Numbered from the stretch's first letter, positions 48,839-62,034 are shown. The stretch is 64,000 nt of DNA from Gammaproteobacteria bacterium (GCA_050298595.1 JBNKUM010000100.1:124237-188236); one strand, 5' to 3'. Program-made: numbers and translations. The notes: generated by a model not told the origin, from the letters alone.

Positions 48839-50575
48839 ATGAGTAATATTATAGAAATCAAGGTCCCTGATATAGGGGATTTCGACGCAGTAGATGTCAT
48901 TGAAGTGCTGGTCGCAGCGGGTGATACAGTTGCCGAAGAAGATGCTTTAATCACGCTGGAATCGGACAAGGCTTCGATGGATATCCCTTCTTCTCACTCT
49001 GGCACCATAGTAGAGATGAAGATCGAGGCGGGCGATAAGGTTAAAGAAGGCAGTGTGATTTGTACAATGCAGCTTGAAGCCGCTTCAGCAGAAGCTACCC
49101 CGACTGCTGCTGATGAGCCAGTCGCCACTCCGGATGCAGCCAGTCATTCGGGTAGTGCAGATGTGGTTTGTCAGATGCTGGTACTGGGTGCAGGCCCTGG
49201 CGGTTATACCGCAGCATTCCGCTCAGCCGATCTTGGCATGAAAACCGTATTGATCGAACGCTGGGATAGTCTGGGTGGTGTCTGTCTGAATATTGGCTGT
49301 ATCCCCTCCAAGGCCCTGTTACATGCAGCCAAGGTGCTGGATGAGGCCGAAGACATGGCAGAGCACGGTATCACTTTTGGTAAGCCTAAAGTCGATATCG
49401 ATAAGCTGCGCAGCTGGAAAGATAGTGTGGTCAAACGTCTGACTGGCGGACTGATGGGGCTGGCTAAGCAGCGTAAGGTTGAAGTCGTCAAAGGTGTCGG
49501 TGAATTTCTCGATCCGCATCATGTGGTTGTGACCGCTGCCGATGGTAAAAAGACCATCGTTAAGTTTGATCATGCCGTGATAGCCGCCGGATCGGAAGCG
49601 GTCAGCCTGCCGTTTATCCCGGATGATCCTCGAGTACTTGATTCAACGGGTGCGCTGGCATTAGAAGAGGTACCCAGGACCATGCTGGTGATTGGTGGTG
49701 GCATCATTGGTCTGGAAATGGCGACAGTTTACTCTGCTCTGGGCACAAAGATTACTGTGGTAGAGATGCTGGACAATATTGTCGCAGGTGCCGATAAGGA
49801 TGTGGTTAAGCCACTCTTTAATCGCATCAAAAAACGCTATGACAATATCTGGCTGGAAACTCGCGTAACGGCTGTGGAAGCTGGTGATAAAGGATTGACG
49901 GTCACTTTTGATGGCAAGAATGCGCCGGATAAACCACAAACCTATGATCGTATTCTGGTAGCAGTGGGTCGTACGCCAAACGGCAAGAAAATCGCAGCAG
50001 AAAATGCGGGTGTCGCAGTCGACGAGCGCGGCTTTGTGCAGGTGGTAGATACGCAGATGCATACCACTCAGCCTCATATCTATGCGATAGGCGATATCAT
50101 AGGGCAACCGATGCTGGCGCATAAAGCCGTACACGAAGGCAAGACTGCTGCCGAAGCGGCTGCAGGTCTACCCAGTCATTTCGATGCACGGGTGATTCCA
50201 TCGGTTGCCTATACCGACCCTGAGGTAGCCTGGGTGGGTGTGACCGAGATTGAGGCTAAACAGAAAGGTATCAAGTATGGCAAGGGGGTATTCCCCTGGG
50301 CGGCCAGTGGTCGAGCCTTATCTATTGCGCGTGATGAGGGCATGACCAAGTTACTCTTTGATGAGAGTAATGATCGTCTGATTGGTGCGGGCATTGTCGG
50401 TGCCAATGCGGGTGAGTTGATTGCTGAAATGGCGCATGCGATAGAGATGGGATCGAATGCGGCGGATATTGGCTTGACGGTGCATCCGCATCCTACGTTG
50501 TCGGAGACTGTGGCGATGGCGGCGGAGGCTTTTGAAGGGACTATTACGGATTTGTATATGCCGAAGAAGCGCTGA
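48839..50575 (+). CDS. lpdA: Dihydrolipoamide dehydrogenase with N-terminal lipoyl domain
   Basis: [35 protein letters not shown]. Confidence 0.96.
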   Translation: MSNIIEIKVPDIGDFDAVDVIEVLVAAGDTVAEEDALITLESDKASMDIPSSHSGTIVEMKIEAGDKVKEGSVICTMQLEAASAEATPTAADEPVATPDAASHSGSADVVCQMLVLGAGPGGYTAAFRSADLGMKTVLIERWDSLGGVCLNIGCIPSKALLHAAKVLDEAEDMAEHGITFGKPKVDIDKLRSWKDSVVKRLTGGLMGLAKQRKVEVVKGVGEFLDPHHVVVTAADGKKTIVKFDHAVIAAGSEAVSLPFIPDDPRVLDSTGALALEEVPRTMLVIGGGIIGLEMATVYSALGTKITVVEMLDNIVAGADKDVVKPLFNRIKKRYDNIWLETRVTAVEAGDKGLTVTFDGKNAPDKPQTYDRILVAVGRTPNGKKIAAENAGVAVDERGFVQVVDTQMHTTQPHIYAIGDIIGQPMLAHKAVHEGKTAAEAAAGLPSHFDARVIPSVAYTDPEVAWVGVTEIEAKQKGIKYGKGVFPWAASGRALSIARDEGMTKLLFDESNDRLIGAGIVGANAGELIAEMAHAIEMGSNAADIGLTVHPHPTLSETVAMAAEAFEGTITDLYMPKKR

Positions 50576-50601
50576 GGTTTTTTACTCTTTTGGTAGATGG
50601 T

Positions 50602-50628
50602 GTCATTGCGAACGCAGTGAAGCAATCT
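50602..50628. repeat. Half of a palindromic REP/RPE-like repeat
   Basis: GTCATTGCGAACGCAGTGAAGCAATCT resembles the widespread GTCATTGCGAGCGAAGCGAAGCAATC repeat. Confidence 0.5.
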
Positions 50629-50787
50629 TTCGGTAATTGCAAGGTACCGGATTATGGTTTCACACGCTCTGGCTTTTCTTGCTTCGTAGTAGATGACGAG
50701 TACGCTCACTCGTCATATTTACGGAGTGTCGATCTCATTTGCGTACGAAACAACTGCACAACAGCAAATATTGGTAAATTAAAAGAT

Positions 50788-51744
50788 ATGACTCAAGTAT
50801 CAAGAACCAAACCAGAAGCCGGTGTCCCCCAGCGCAGGGCCGACAAGCTATCACGCATTCCAATCAAGGTCGTGCCAAAGGAAAACCCTTTACCCAAACC
50901 CAAATGGCTAAAGGTAAAGCTCCCCTCTGGCGAGCAGGCCGCCAGAGTCCGTGAGCTATTGCGCAGCAATAAACTCCACACCGTTTGTGAAGAGGCTGCC
51001 TGCCCAAACCTGCCAGAATGCTTTGGTCATGGCACGGCTACCTTTATGATCCTGGGACAGGTCTGCACCAGACGTTGCCCATTCTGCGAAGTCGGGCATG
51101 GCGTACCTCTACCCGTCGATAGTAAGGAGCCAGAGCTGCTGGCGGATGCTGTATCCAGTATGTCTCTCAAGTATGTTGTCATTACCTCGGTAGACCGTGA
51201 CGACTTACGCGATGGCGGTGCAAGACATTTTGCAAACTGTGTGACAGCAGTACGTGACGCAAAGCCAGATATTAAGGTAGAAATTCTGACCCCGGATTTT
51301 CGAGGACGTATGGAAGCCGCTCTGGATGCCCTGTCGGCCTCGCCTCCTGATGTATTCAATCACAATATGGAAACCGTACCGCGTCTGTATAAGAAAGCTC
51401 GTCCAGGAGCCGACTATCAATGGTCGCTGGATTTAATCAGGCAGTTTGGTGAGCGACACCCTGATGTACCTACCAAATCGGGCCTGATGGTGGGGCTGGG
51501 AGAAGAACTGGAAGAGATTAAGGCGGTAATGCGTGATCTTCGTGATCATGGTGCGACTATGCTGACGATTGGTCAGTATCTGGCACCTTCTAATTCGCAT
51601 CTGCCAGTTGAGCGTTATTACAGCCCACAGGAATTTGATAAACTAAAGCTATATGGTGAGCAAGTTGGTTTTAAGCATGTGGCCAGCGGGCCACTGGTAC
51701 GTTCTTCATACCATGCGGATGTGCAGGCATCAGGTCTGTTGTAG
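50788..51744 (+). CDS. lipA: Lipoyl synthase
   Basis: [26 protein letters not shown]. Confidence 0.97.
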   Translation: MTQVSRTKPEAGVPQRRADKLSRIPIKVVPKENPLPKPKWLKVKLPSGEQAARVRELLRSNKLHTVCEEAACPNLPECFGHGTATFMILGQVCTRRCPFCEVGHGVPLPVDSKEPELLADAVSSMSLKYVVITSVDRDDLRDGGARHFANCVTAVRDAKPDIKVEILTPDFRGRMEAALDALSASPPDVFNHNMETVPRLYKKARPGADYQWSLDLIRQFGERHPDVPTKSGLMVGLGEELEEIKAVMRDLRDHGATMLTIGQYLAPSNSHLPVERYYSPQEFDKLKLYGEQVGFKHVASGPLVRSSYHADVQASGLL

Positions 51745-51871
51745 TGACTGTTTGAAACGTCTGCTGCAGATTATGCTGATAAGTTTTATCCATATTGAGA
51801 ATAAATATTATCAAATTCTTTTATAACGGATATGGTTACAAAACTATTACAATGACCTGAGAGAAATTCTC

Positions 51872-53485
51872 ATGACTGATACCAAGATAATTAATTACCT
51901 TGCAGGGATTGGAATAAACGACCCACAGGAAGTGATCTATAACCCCTCCTACGATTTGCTGTATGCAGAGGAATGCAGCGAAGAGCTGGACGGTTATGAG
52001 CAGGGTCATGTCACCAATCTGGGTGCGGTAAATGTGTATACCGGTATCTATACCGGTCGTTCGCCAAAAGATAAATACATCGTCATGGACGATACCACGC
52101 GCGACACACTGTGGTGGGCCGGCAATGGACAGGTCAACGATAACAAACCCATTACGCAGGATGTCTGGAATGATCTTAAAGATGTCGTGACCGATCATCT
52201 TTCAGGCCAAAAGCTGTTTGTGGTGGATGGTTTTTGCGGAGCCAATAAAAATAGCTGTCTACGCGTTCGCTTTGTGATGGAGGTTGCCTGGCAGGCGCAT
52301 TTCGTTAAAAACATGTTTATTCGTCCGACTGAGGAAGAGCTGCAAGATTTCGAGCCAGACTTTGTGGTCATCAATGGTTCCAAAACCTCCAACCCTGACT
52401 GGCAGCGTCACGGCAAGAATTCAGAAACCTTTGTTGCATTCAATCTGACCGAAAATATTCAGTTGATCGGCGGTACCTGGTACGGTGGTGAAATGAAGAA
52501 GGGTCTGTTTTCGGTGATGAATTATCTTCTGCCATTACGCGGTATTGCCTCTATGCACTGTTCCGCCAATATGGGTGAAAACGATGATGTGGCGATATTC
52601 TTTGGCCTGTCTGGTACAGGTAAAACTACACTTTCTGCCGACCCCAAGCGTCGCCTGATCGGTGATGATGAGCATGGCTGGGATGATGATGGTGTTTTCA
52701 ATTATGAAGGTGGTTGCTATGCCAAGGTAATCGACCTTGATCCACAACAGGAACCGGATATCTTCAAGGCCATTCGTCGCGATGCATTACTGGAAAATGT
52801 GACTATCGATCATGATAACGTGGTCGATTTTTCAGATCGCTCCTGTACTGAAAACACGCGTGTATCTTATCCGATTGAGCATATAGAAAATATTGTCAAA
52901 CCCGTATCCAAAGGTGGTCCTGCACAAAAGGTGATCTTTCTGACCGCCGATGCCTTTGGGGTATTTCCACCGGTTTCTCGGTTAACCAGCGATCAGGCGG
53001 AATATCATTTTCTATCGGGTTTTACCGCCAAACTGGCAGGCACCGAGCGTGGTATTACCGAACCGACTCCAACCTTTTCATCCTGTTTTGGCGCCGCTTT
53101 TCTAATGTTGCATCCAACTCAATACGCAGAAGTACTGGCAAAACGTATGCAGGCAGCAGGGGCTAAAGCCTATCTGGTGAATACTGGCTGGAATGGTACT
53201 GGCAAGCGGATTTCATTAAAAGATACGCGCGCGATTATCGATGCGATTCTGGATGGCAGCATTGACGATGCGCCATCGATCAATATCCCTGTCTTTAATC
53301 TGGATGTGCCCACTGAATTACCTGGAGTGGACAGTAGCATACTGGATCCACGTAAAACCTATGCCGATGAAGCAGAGTGGGATAGCAAAGCTAAAGAACT
53401 GGCTGTGTTATTCATCAAGAATTTTGATCGATTCACCGATACCCCGGCAGGTGCCAAACTGGTTGAGGCCGGTCCAGTATTGTAA
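51872..53485 (+). CDS. pckA: PEP carboxykinase (ATP)
   Basis: [41 protein letters not shown]. Confidence 0.97.
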   Translation: MTDTKIINYLAGIGINDPQEVIYNPSYDLLYAEECSEELDGYEQGHVTNLGAVNVYTGIYTGRSPKDKYIVMDDTTRDTLWWAGNGQVNDNKPITQDVWNDLKDVVTDHLSGQKLFVVDGFCGANKNSCLRVRFVMEVAWQAHFVKNMFIRPTEEELQDFEPDFVVINGSKTSNPDWQRHGKNSETFVAFNLTENIQLIGGTWYGGEMKKGLFSVMNYLLPLRGIASMHCSANMGENDDVAIFFGLSGTGKTTLSADPKRRLIGDDEHGWDDDGVFNYEGGCYAKVIDLDPQQEPDIFKAIRRDALLENVTIDHDNVVDFSDRSCTENTRVSYPIEHIENIVKPVSKGGPAQKVIFLTADAFGVFPPVSRLTSDQAEYHFLSGFTAKLAGTERGITEPTPTFSSCFGAAFLMLHPTQYAEVLAKRMQAAGAKAYLVNTGWNGTGKRISLKDTRAIIDAILDGSIDDAPSINIPVFNLDVPTELPGVDSSILDPRKTYADEAEWDSKAKELAVLFIKNFDRFTDTPAGAKLVEAGPVL

Positions 53486-53498
53486 CTACTTTGCTGAT

Positions 53499-53527
53499 AA
53501 AAGCCCTGTATTGCTCAGGGCTTTTTT
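53499..53527 (+). terminator. Rho-independent terminator
   Basis: AAAAGCCCTG...CAGGGCTTTTTT. Confidence 0.8.
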
Positions 53528-53779
53528 GCAAGGGATATAAGGTTGTGTTTAAGTAGCTGAATTAATCTGCTTAATTATTTTAGAAATTCGACAGGAGGCA
53601 TAAAGAAGGCCACCTGTTTCTAGTTTTAAGTCGCCCTGTTAGTATTATTCTAGCTCCTGAATAAAAAAATAATAACATTTCCATCGAATTATAGTCCCTT
53701 TTCATGCTATAAAACCCTAAAAAAATAATACTTTCACTGCTCTTACCGATAGAGAGTCAAGGAATATTAAGGAGGTAAT

Positions 53780-55909
53780 ATGCATAGATTTCTATCCAGG
53801 TTTACCGTAAGGACCAAAATCATACTAGGGTTTGTTCTGGTCATGCTGACGCTGGGAATTATCGCTGTTCTGGTTGTTATCAATAACACATCGTTATCGA
53901 AAGCTGTCACTTCGGTATTTAACGAAGATCTTCCATTCGAGAAGAAAATTGAACAAACCCGTCTTAAACTAGATGAATCGGTGGCTTCCATCAGCTTTTA
54001 CCTGCTGACGCGCGAAGATTCATATCTGAAAGCCTACCGGACTTTAGTCGAGGAAACGGCAAAGCTGTTGGCCGCGCTCGAACAGGAGCCATTTTTTACC
54101 GCTGATAACAAAGCACTGGAGCAATTGAAAACGACCCAGGCTATTCTCAAAACATATCTTGGTCTGTCAACAGAGATCGAAAAAATAGCGACAGATCAGA
54201 CCTATAACCTGCCTGCTTTAGGGATATCCAGCGAAGTTCTTGGGCCTCTATCTCAGGAAATCTTTACTCAGATCGCGTTAATGCAGGCTACCGAGGAGAA
54301 TGAGGAACTGTCAGAAGAACGCTGGATCATCCGTAAATTGATTTTTCAGCTTAAGGACAAGTGGTTAAGCCTGACTAATGAATTTCGACTGTTTCTGGCC
54401 TTTCGATTCCCGGTCGCTCTGGAGCAGATACAGACCTATCAGGGAGAAATCGCGTCGTATCTGCAACAACTGGAAAAATTGAGCGATGAGGGAGTATTGA
54501 CGCTGGATGAAGAAGAGAGTCTGCAGACCATCAAATCTCGCAGCAGTGAATACCTTAGTTCGATGAGTAATGCCCTGGCGGTTCACCGTGGTGAAGAGTG
54601 GCGTAAAGATACCTACTTTTTCCGCACTCAGGTTCTGCCGTCAGTTAATCGCATTGAGTCCCTGTTAAATGAACTAATTCAGAGAAACGCAGAGATATTA
54701 AAAAATAAAACTGAAAGCATGCTGACTGACCTGGAAACCTCTTCACGTGATGTTTTGATTATCGTCATCCTCGGTCTCGTGTTAGGTTTGCTTATTGCTG
54801 CAATCGTGACACATCATATCCTCACGCGCCTGAATCGTACGGTGGAAGCAATGCATGATATTTCAGATGGAGAAGGAAATTTGAGTACCCGTCTGGATGA
54901 GTCTGGAAGCGATGAATTATCGCGCCTGGCAGGCTCTTTTAATCGCTTCGTCGATAAAATATCCAATATCGTTCACCTGGTCGTGCAGTCATCTACTTCT
55001 TTATCTGAAGAAGCGGGACGTATGCTCGAAGTCGTTGAACATACCGAAAAAGGCGTCGAGAGCCAGCGCCAGGAAATCGATTCAATCTCCAGCGCGATTA
55101 GCGTCATGAACAATAAAGTCGAAGAAATTGCCAGCAATAGCGGAGAAGCGGCGGTTTCTTCACACAATGCTGCAGAGCAGGCAAAAGACGGACAGATAGT
55201 GGTGCAAAAATCGGCTGCAGCCATTAACACCCTGGCAATGGAAGTGGAGACAGCAGTCGCTGCCATTGCTCAGGTGGAAAAAGAAAGTCAGGATATCAGC
55301 ATGGTTGTTTCGGTTATTCGAGAAATTTCCGATCAGACCAATTTGCTGGCATTGAATGCAGCTATTGAGGCAGCACGCGCTGGCGAACATGGGCGTGGGT
55401 TTTCCGTGGTAGCTGATGAAGTCAGAAGTCTGTCGGCCAGGATACAGGGGCAAACCAATGAAATCATTCAGCGCATTGAAACCCTGCAAAAAGCATCTCG
55501 TGAGGCCTCAGCTGTGATGCAAAACAGTTATCAAACCGCTCAGAATAGTGTTGCCTTATCAACCGAAGCCGATGATGCTCTTAACCTGATCACCGAGCGT
55601 GTGGAATCTATCTCTCGCACCAGTACAAACATAGCCGATGCCACCGAGTACCAGAGTAAGGTGTCGGCAACCACTGCGAATAATATCTCAAAACTAACAT
55701 CGATTGCTGAATCTACGTCTGAGGATGCAGCACTGACTATGCGCTCAGCCAATCAATTCCGCGCTATGTCGAGTCAACTGCAGGAACTGGTTCAGCAGTT
55801 TCTATTGAACAAGGAAGAACTGCAACGGACTCAGCGGTTACCTCGTCAGCATGAGCGCAAAGATTATATGCAACCCGCGAAGGCCTCTCCATTGTTTGAC
55901 TCGGCTTAA
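53780..55909 (+). CDS. Methyl-accepting chemotaxis protein
   Basis: Two TM helices, large helical periplasmic domain, [27 protein letters not shown]. Confidence 0.95.
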   Translation: MHRFLSRFTVRTKIILGFVLVMLTLGIIAVLVVINNTSLSKAVTSVFNEDLPFEKKIEQTRLKLDESVASISFYLLTREDSYLKAYRTLVEETAKLLAALEQEPFFTADNKALEQLKTTQAILKTYLGLSTEIEKIATDQTYNLPALGISSEVLGPLSQEIFTQIALMQATEENEELSEERWIIRKLIFQLKDKWLSLTNEFRLFLAFRFPVALEQIQTYQGEIASYLQQLEKLSDEGVLTLDEEESLQTIKSRSSEYLSSMSNALAVHRGEEWRKDTYFFRTQVLPSVNRIESLLNELIQRNAEILKNKTESMLTDLETSSRDVLIIVILGLVLGLLIAAIVTHHILTRLNRTVEAMHDISDGEGNLSTRLDESGSDELSRLAGSFNRFVDKISNIVHLVVQSSTSLSEEAGRMLEVVEHTEKGVESQRQEIDSISSAISVMNNKVEEIASNSGEAAVSSHNAAEQAKDGQIVVQKSAAAINTLAMEVETAVAAIAQVEKESQDISMVVSVIREISDQTNLLALNAAIEAARAGEHGRGFSVVADEVRSLSARIQGQTNEIIQRIETLQKASREASAVMQNSYQTAQNSVALSTEADDALNLITERVESISRTSTNIADATEYQSKVSATTANNISKLTSIAESTSEDAALTMRSANQFRAMSSQLQELVQQFLLNKEELQRTQRLPRQHERKDYMQPAKASPLFDSA

Positions 55910-55941
55910 CATTTAACCTGAATCCATATATCGCTATCATC

Positions 55942-55974
55942 AAGCCCTTGATTCTCTATCAGGGCTTTTTTTTT
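55942..55974 (+). terminator. Rho-independent terminator
   Basis: AAGCCCT...AGGGCTT plus long T tract. Confidence 0.75.
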
Positions 55975-56022
55975 GTTCGCGATATGCGATGATCAGTGTT
56001 TGACGCTAAGCTCGAGAAATAA

Positions 56023-56637
56023 ATGTATATACCTGATCATTTTAAGGTCAATGATGAGAATGAAATCTTCAGTTTTTTGCAGGCAAATGCTTTTGGCCAA
56101 CTGATATCAAGCCTGAATGGACGTCTGTTTTGCTCGCATATTCCATTTTTGATTGACGATGACAGAAAGTACCTGCGATCACATCTGGCGAAAGCCAATG
56201 ATCAATGGCGTCAACTGGAAGGTCAGGAAGTATTAATCACGTTTCAGGGTGGGCACGATTATGTGTCGCCTTCCTGGTATAAATCTGCAGGGGTGCCCAC
56301 CTGGAATTATCAGGCCGTGCATGTCTACGGTCACTGTCAATTGATCAACGATGAGGAAGGGCTGTCAGAAATTGTAGATGGTCTGACTCAGGTATATGAG
56401 TCCAGTTTTGAGCAACCCTGGCAACCGAGTTACTCATCCAGCATGTTGAAAGCGATAGTCGGCCTGCGTTTGGAAATAACTGATATCCAGTGCAAATATA
56501 AAATCAGTCAAAACCGAATATTAGATGATCAAAAAAACGTAGCAGAGCAATATCGGCAGAATGGAGAAGAAAAGCTTTGTCGTGCCATGCAACAATCTAT
56601 ACAGCAACAAATCCCAGAAAATAAGGAGTCAAAATGA
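56023..56637 (+). CDS. PaiB-like FMN-binding protein
   Basis: MYIP.HF, HLAKAN.QW, YVSPSWY, VPTWNY.AVH, K.SQN. Confidence 0.9.
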   Translation: MYIPDHFKVNDENEIFSFLQANAFGQLISSLNGRLFCSHIPFLIDDDRKYLRSHLAKANDQWRQLEGQEVLITFQGGHDYVSPSWYKSAGVPTWNYQAVHVYGHCQLINDEEGLSEIVDGLTQVYESSFEQPWQPSYSSSMLKAIVGLRLEITDIQCKYKISQNRILDDQKNVAEQYRQNGEEKLCRAMQQSIQQQIPENKESK

Positions 56638-57371
56638 ATCCAGTTATGCAAACTATGCTTGAACACTCATCGGTGCGTAGTTTTAAAAACAAAGCAGTCG
56701 ATACCAGTTTACTGGAACAGATTCTTGAATGCGGTCAGGCGGCATCAACATCTTCATTTATTCAGGCTTATTCAGTTGTCCGCGTGCAGGACAGCGATAA
56801 CCGAAAAAAAATTGCTGAAGCAGCAGGCGGTCAGCAATGGATAATAGATGCACCCGAATTTCTGCTGTTCTGCGCTGATATGAAGCGGATTCAATACGCC
56901 TGCGATAAGCTGGATCTGGGTGAATTACCAGGGTTGACTGAGCATTTTATGGCCTCCACAGTAGATGTGGCTTTGATGGCGCAGAATGTTTTACTGGCCG
57001 CAGAGTCAGCCGGGCTGGGCGGAGTTTTTATCGGCGGCATACGAAATAATCCGCAGCTAGTCTGCGACTGCCTTGAGTTACCGCAGTTGGTCTATCCGGT
57101 ATTTGGCATGTGTCTGGGCTGGCCAGCACAGAGAATGGCAGTAAAGAAACGTATGCCTTTATCCACTGTGTTGCATCAGGAGCGTTATAATGCAGAAGCC
57201 ATCCCTCAGCAGATCGATGCCTTCGATGCGCAGATGGAGGCATACTATGCCCAGCGCAGTGACAATGTGAAAAGTAGCAACTGGTCACAGCAGACAGTGC
57301 AGTCGCTAATGGGTAAAAAACGTGAACACATGCTGGAATTTTTACAGGGCAGAGGTTTTCTGAAGCTTTAA
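56634..57371 (+). CDS. nfsA: Oxygen-insensitive NADPH nitroreductase
   Basis: H.SVR.F, ASTSSFIQAYS, QN..LAAES.GLGGVFIGGIRN. Confidence 0.9.
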   Translation: MNPVMQTMLEHSSVRSFKNKAVDTSLLEQILECGQAASTSSFIQAYSVVRVQDSDNRKKIAEAAGGQQWIIDAPEFLLFCADMKRIQYACDKLDLGELPGLTEHFMASTVDVALMAQNVLLAAESAGLGGVFIGGIRNNPQLVCDCLELPQLVYPVFGMCLGWPAQRMAVKKRMPLSTVLHQERYNAEAIPQQIDAFDAQMEAYYAQRSDNVKSSNWSQQTVQSLMGKKREHMLEFLQGRGFLKL

Positions 57372-57391
57372 TTGATTATACGGAGCGTTGT

Positions 57392-58312
57392 ATGTTTTTC
57401 TTTTCAGAAATCGACCGCCAGAGCCAGCTGCGTGCCGATACTTCCACAATTAGCGCCTTTCTGCAGAGTGATCAGAGTCGAACCCTGTTGTGGCAGGATG
57501 GCCATTTTTTAATGCAGGATGGGCAGCCAAGGTATTTTTCATATCAGCAGTTACAGGGGTTTAAATCGGGTCTGGATGAAGCAGTATATCTTGGTCAGTA
57601 TCAGGGCCATGAATATTTTGCCGCACAGATAAAACAGGCCGGGATTGATTTTGCCGAGTCTGAAATGATGTCCTTACGACGCGCCAGTGCAGTGGTTTCA
57701 GGGCCGGATGCAGAAATGATGGTTTACGCTCAGGGGCTTTTGAACTGGCTGCGTAACCATGCATTTTGTTCGCGTTGCGGTAGTGACACCTCTATCATAG
57801 AAGCTGGACATGGACGACGCTGCAATAATACTCAATGCGCAAAGGTTTCGTACCCCAAGATAGATCCGGCAGTGATTTTTTCGATTGTTAATAATACCGG
57901 GACAGAGTCAAAAATATTACTGGGAAGAAAAGCAATCTGGGATGAAAATCGCTATTCTGTGATAGCCGGGTTCGTCGAGCCAGGTGAAACACTGGAGGAT
58001 GCCGTCAGGCGCGAAGCCTTTGAAGAAACAGGGGTGAAGGTCGATCGTGTTGAATATATCGATTCGCAACCCTGGCCGTTTCCAGACTCTTTAATGCTGG
58101 GGTTTAGTGCGCAGACGAGTGAATATCAAATCACCCTGATTGATCAGGAACTTGAAAAAGCGGCCTGGTTTACTGCCAGTGAAATAGAAGAGGGGATAAA
58201 AACACAGATGTTTAAAATGCCTTTCAGGATATCTATAGCCTGGCGCTTAATTGACAGCTGGTTTACTGCACAGAAAGGCTACTCTGTGGCTACTGTTGAT
58301 ATTAACGAATAA
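57392..58312 (+). CDS. nudC: NADH pyrophosphatase
   Basis: Zn ribbon CSRCG..C....C, Nudix box AGFVEPGETLEDAVRREAFEETG, SQPWPFP. Confidence 0.93.
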   Translation: MFFFSEIDRQSQLRADTSTISAFLQSDQSRTLLWQDGHFLMQDGQPRYFSYQQLQGFKSGLDEAVYLGQYQGHEYFAAQIKQAGIDFAESEMMSLRRASAVVSGPDAEMMVYAQGLLNWLRNHAFCSRCGSDTSIIEAGHGRRCNNTQCAKVSYPKIDPAVIFSIVNNTGTESKILLGRKAIWDENRYSVIAGFVEPGETLEDAVRREAFEETGVKVDRVEYIDSQPWPFPDSLMLGFSAQTSEYQITLIDQELEKAAWFTASEIEEGIKTQMFKMPFRISIAWRLIDSWFTAQKGYSVATVDINE

Positions 58313-58342
58313 AGTATCTCTCTTTCTCACAAAGGAAATAAC

Positions 58343-58639
58343 ATGATTCGTCACGTTCTACTTCTAAGGTTTAAAGCAGATGTATCAGAGTCGGATATGC
58401 TGGCCGCCTTCAAAAGCTTTGAATCTATGTCCGAAAAGATTGACGGTGTGGTCTCTGTTGAATGGGGCCAGAATAATAGTCCTGAAAATCTAAACCGGGG
58501 ATTTACCCATTGTGTTTTCATGACATTTGCTGATGAGCGAGGTCGGGATAATTACCTGCCGCATCCACAGCATGAAGCACTTAAAGCACAGCTGGATCCC
58601 CTGCTGGAGAATATTATTGTGCTGGACTATCTGATCTAA
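58343..58639 (+). CDS. Dabb (stress-responsive A/B barrel) protein
   Basis: MIRHVLL..FK, G.N.SPE.L..GFTH, YLPHP.H. Confidence 0.9.
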   Translation: MIRHVLLLRFKADVSESDMLAAFKSFESMSEKIDGVVSVEWGQNNSPENLNRGFTHCVFMTFADERGRDNYLPHPQHEALKAQLDPLLENIIVLDYLI

Positions 58640-58671
58640 AGATCGATTTACATAACACAGAGTTTACAAAA

Positions 58672-59211
58672 GTGATTGAAGTCATTGTTCTTGCAGTAGC
58701 GTTAAGTATGGATGCTTTTGCAGTCTCTATCGGCCTGGGTTCAAAACACCGGCACAAAACAACATCGTTAGCGTTAATGTCTGGGATTTATTTCGGAGTA
58801 TTTCAGGCGTTAATGCCTCTGATTGGGTATCTGGGGGGGAAGGGCATCCTGGGCTGGGTCGAGTCTTTTGCGCCGTGGATTGCCTTTTTACTACTGTTAC
58901 TGATTGGTGGAAAAATGATTTATGAAGCTTACTCTGAGGGTATTGAAGAAGACATCGCCGTTATCACTCACAGAATAATGCTAATGCTTGCCATTGCAAC
59001 CAGCATAGATGCGATGGCAGCTGGTTTTTCTTTAACCCTGCTTGACGTTAATCCCTTTGTTGCCTGCGTTATTATTGGTGTGACTACCTTTTGTTTCAGC
59101 TGGATGGGTGTGTTCATTGGAAATAAGACGGGTACCTGGCTGGAGAGTAAAGCCGAACTGCTGGGAGGGGTGGTACTGATATTGATTGGATTCAGGATAT
59201 TAATGCAATGA
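58672..59211 (+). CDS. mntP: Manganese efflux pump MntP family
   Basis: [30 protein letters not shown]. Confidence 0.92.
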   Translation: MIEVIVLAVALSMDAFAVSIGLGSKHRHKTTSLALMSGIYFGVFQALMPLIGYLGGKGILGWVESFAPWIAFLLLLLIGGKMIYEAYSEGIEEDIAVITHRIMLMLAIATSIDAMAAGFSLTLLDVNPFVACVIIGVTTFCFSWMGVFIGNKTGTWLESKAELLGGVVLILIGFRILMQ

Positions 59212-59664
59212 ATTCCACTGATAGCCGACCTAAATCCATATCCATGGCAAAAACCTGAGGGCAGCGGCTAAAGCGGGCGTTCACCAACAGAAAGCGTTTT
59301 AGGCGATATTAATATATAGACCTGCCCGAAGTGTGATTGCCTGGAGTCAGGCGCAATAGTACGGTTTCAGCCGTAAAATTTAGAGCGGTGATTTGATGCT
59401 GGCCAGGTAGGCTGGAGTAATTGCTTGATACCTGATTCTGATTCCTTCTCTTGTCAAGCAGGGGAGTTGCGTCTATTCTTCCTATACTTCTGTTGTTGAA
59501 ATTGGGAGTAAAGTTGCATCTGCGTTTTATGGCTTCTAGTTCCGGCTTTTGCAGGCAAACAGGTGCATGAATAAATCGTCACAGCCTTTGCATTATTCAA
59601 CAACGAGACTCGAACGATTGTTTTAACCGCACCTCCATTACATCATCGAGAAAGGTAGAACATC

Positions 59665-62034
59665 ATGAGCTCTCAAACTGAACCCTTGTCTTCCGAAGAA
59701 GTAAAGAATATCGACGCCTACTGGCGAGCCTGCAACTACCTTGCAGCTGGTATGATTTATCTGCGTGATAACCCGCTGCTCAAGGAGCCGCTCAAGCTCG
59801 AACATATCAAGAACCGCCTGCTCGGTCATTGGGGTTCCAGTCCGGGTCTGGCGTTTGCCTACATCCATATGAACCGGCTGATTAATAAGTATGATCTGGA
59901 TGCGATCTTTATGGCGGGTCCGGGGCATGGTGCACCCGGCGTGCTGGCGCCGGTGTATCTGGAAGGACGCTATAGCGAGGTGTATCCGAACAAATCCGAG
60001 AACGAGGAGGGCATGCGTGAGTTCTTCAAGGAATTTTCTTTCCCTGGTGGTATTGGCAGCCACTGCACACCGGAGACACCAGGCTCCATCCACGAAGGCG
60101 GAGAACTTGGCTACAGCATTTCGCATGCCTTCGGTGCCGCCTTCGATAACCCGGATCTGATCGTGACGGTGGTGGTGGGCGATGGAGAATCGGAAACTGC
60201 GCCGCTGGCGACTTCATGGCATTCCAACAAATTCCTCAATCCGATCTGCGACGGCGCAGTGTTGCCCATCCTGCATCTCAATGGCTACAAGATTAACAAC
60301 CCGACCATCCTCGCGCGTATCTCGCATGAAGAGCTGGAGAATCTGTTCAAGGGTTATGGCTGGACGCCGTACTTTGTCGAAGGCAACGATCCAGAGACGA
60401 TGCATCAGACAATGGCAGCCACGATGGAACAATGTGTGCTGGAAATCCGCCGTCTGCAAGAAGAAGCGCGCAACAGTGGAAAGCCAAATCGTCCACGCTG
60501 GCCTATGATCGTGCTACGTTCGCCCAAGGGTTGGACAGGGCCGCAGGAGGTTGATGGTAAAAAAGTGGAAGGCTTCTGGCGCTCGCACCAGGTGCCTATT
60601 AGCGATATGAAGACGCCGGAGCATTTCGCAAAACTGGAAGCGTGGCTGCAGAGCTACAGAGTATCCGAGTTGTTCGATGAGAACGGTATGCTGAGACCCG
60701 AACTGAAAGCCCTGGCACCGAAAGGTAATCGCCGCATGAGTGCCAATCATCATGCTAATGGCGGTCAGTTGCGCCAGGCCCTGCGTATGCCGGATTGCGA
60801 GGATTATGCGATTGAGGTGAAAAAGCCGGGCACGACCGTGGCCGAGAATACGCGCCCGTTGGGCAAGTACCTGCGCGACATCATGCGAGACAATATGCAT
60901 AACTTTCGTGTATTCGGTCCGGACGAGAATAGTTCGAATAAGCTCGACAACATCTACGAGGTGAGTAAGAAAACCTGGCTCGCCGATTATCTGCCGGAAG
61001 ATGCAGGCGGTGGTGAACTATCGCCGCACGGGCGCGTGATGGAAATGCTCTCTGAGCACACGTTGGAAGGCTGGCTGGAAGGCTACCTGCTCACCGGTCG
61101 TCACGGCTTTTTCTCCACCTATGAAGCCTTTGTGCATGTCATAGACTCCATGTTTAATCAGCACGCCAAGTGGCTGGATATGTCCAAGGCCGTGCCATGG
61201 CGCGCCGCCGTATCATCGCTCAACCTGCTTATCACCTCTACCGTGTGGCGTCAGGATCACAATGGATTCACCCATCAGGACCCCGGCTTCCTCGATCTGG
61301 TGGTCAACAAGAGTCCCGCTGTCACACGCATCTATATGCCACCTGATGTGAACTGCCTGCTGTCGGTCGCCGAGCATTGTCTGAAGAGCACCAACTACGT
61401 CAACGTCATCGTGTGCGACAAACAGAAACACCTGCAGTTTCTGGATATGGAGGCAGCCACCACGCATTGTACCAAAGGCATAGGCATCTGGGATTGGGCC
61501 AGCAACGATCAGGGGGTGGAACCGGATGTAGTCATGGCGAGTGCGGGCGATATCCCCACCAAGGAAGCACTGGCTGCCGTGGTGCTGCTGCGGGAGAATT
61601 TTCCCGGTCTGAAGATTCGATTCATCAATGTGGTTAATCTGTATAAACTGGTACCTGCCAGCGAACACCCGCACGGCCTGAGTGACCGCGATTTTGACAG
61701 CCTGTTCACGCTGGACAAACCGGTGATGTTCAACTTCCACGGCTATCCCTGGCTGATCCACCGCCTGGCTTATCGTCGCAACAACCACAGGAATTTCCAC
61801 ATACGTGGCTACAAGGAAAAAGGCAGTATTAATACACCACTGGAGCTGGCGATCCAGAACCAGATCGACCGCTTCAGCCTGGTGATCGACGTGATTGATC
61901 GCATACCCACATTGCATGTGGCCGGTGCGAATGTGAAAGAAAAGATGCTGAACATGCAGATCGAGTGCCGCAATTATGCGTATGAGAATGGGATCGACCT
62001 GCCGGAAGCGGATAACTGGACCTGGCCATATTGA
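59665..62034 (+). CDS. xfp: Xylulose-5P/fructose-6P phosphoketolase
   Basis: [40 protein letters not shown]. Confidence 0.96.
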   Translation: MSSQTEPLSSEEVKNIDAYWRACNYLAAGMIYLRDNPLLKEPLKLEHIKNRLLGHWGSSPGLAFAYIHMNRLINKYDLDAIFMAGPGHGAPGVLAPVYLEGRYSEVYPNKSENEEGMREFFKEFSFPGGIGSHCTPETPGSIHEGGELGYSISHAFGAAFDNPDLIVTVVVGDGESETAPLATSWHSNKFLNPICDGAVLPILHLNGYKINNPTILARISHEELENLFKGYGWTPYFVEGNDPETMHQTMAATMEQCVLEIRRLQEEARNSGKPNRPRWPMIVLRSPKGWTGPQEVDGKKVEGFWRSHQVPISDMKTPEHFAKLEAWLQSYRVSELFDENGMLRPELKALAPKGNRRMSANHHANGGQLRQALRMPDCEDYAIEVKKPGTTVAENTRPLGKYLRDIMRDNMHNFRVFGPDENSSNKLDNIYEVSKKTWLADYLPEDAGGGELSPHGRVMEMLSEHTLEGWLEGYLLTGRHGFFSTYEAFVHVIDSMFNQHAKWLDMSKAVPWRAAVSSLNLLITSTVWRQDHNGFTHQDPGFLDLVVNKSPAVTRIYMPPDVNCLLSVAEHCLKSTNYVNVIVCDKQKHLQFLDMEAATTHCTKGIGIWDWASNDQGVEPDVVMASAGDIPTKEALAAVVLLRENFPGLKIRFINVVNLYKLVPASEHPHGLSDRDFDSLFTLDKPVMFNFHGYPWLIHRLAYRRNNHRNFHIRGYKEKGSINTPLELAIQNQIDRFSLVIDVIDRIPTLHVAGANVKEKMLNMQIECRNYAYENGIDLPEADNWTWPY

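Noticed and set aside
48839-49080. Lipoyl domain on E3 as a novelty
   Set aside because: Already known from Neisseria and Ralstonia-type PDH complexes
50590-50787. N-terminal extension of LipA
   Set aside because: Open by chance across a repeat-containing spacer; ATG 50788 gives a normal-length protein
59455-59570. yybP-ykoY manganese riboswitch
   Set aside because: Only loose GGGAG matches, and it lies downstream of mntP rather than upstream
61213-61917. 234-aa antisense ORF and the many other overlapping ORFs in the track
   Set aside because: Shadow frames of well-supported genes with no recognisable motifs
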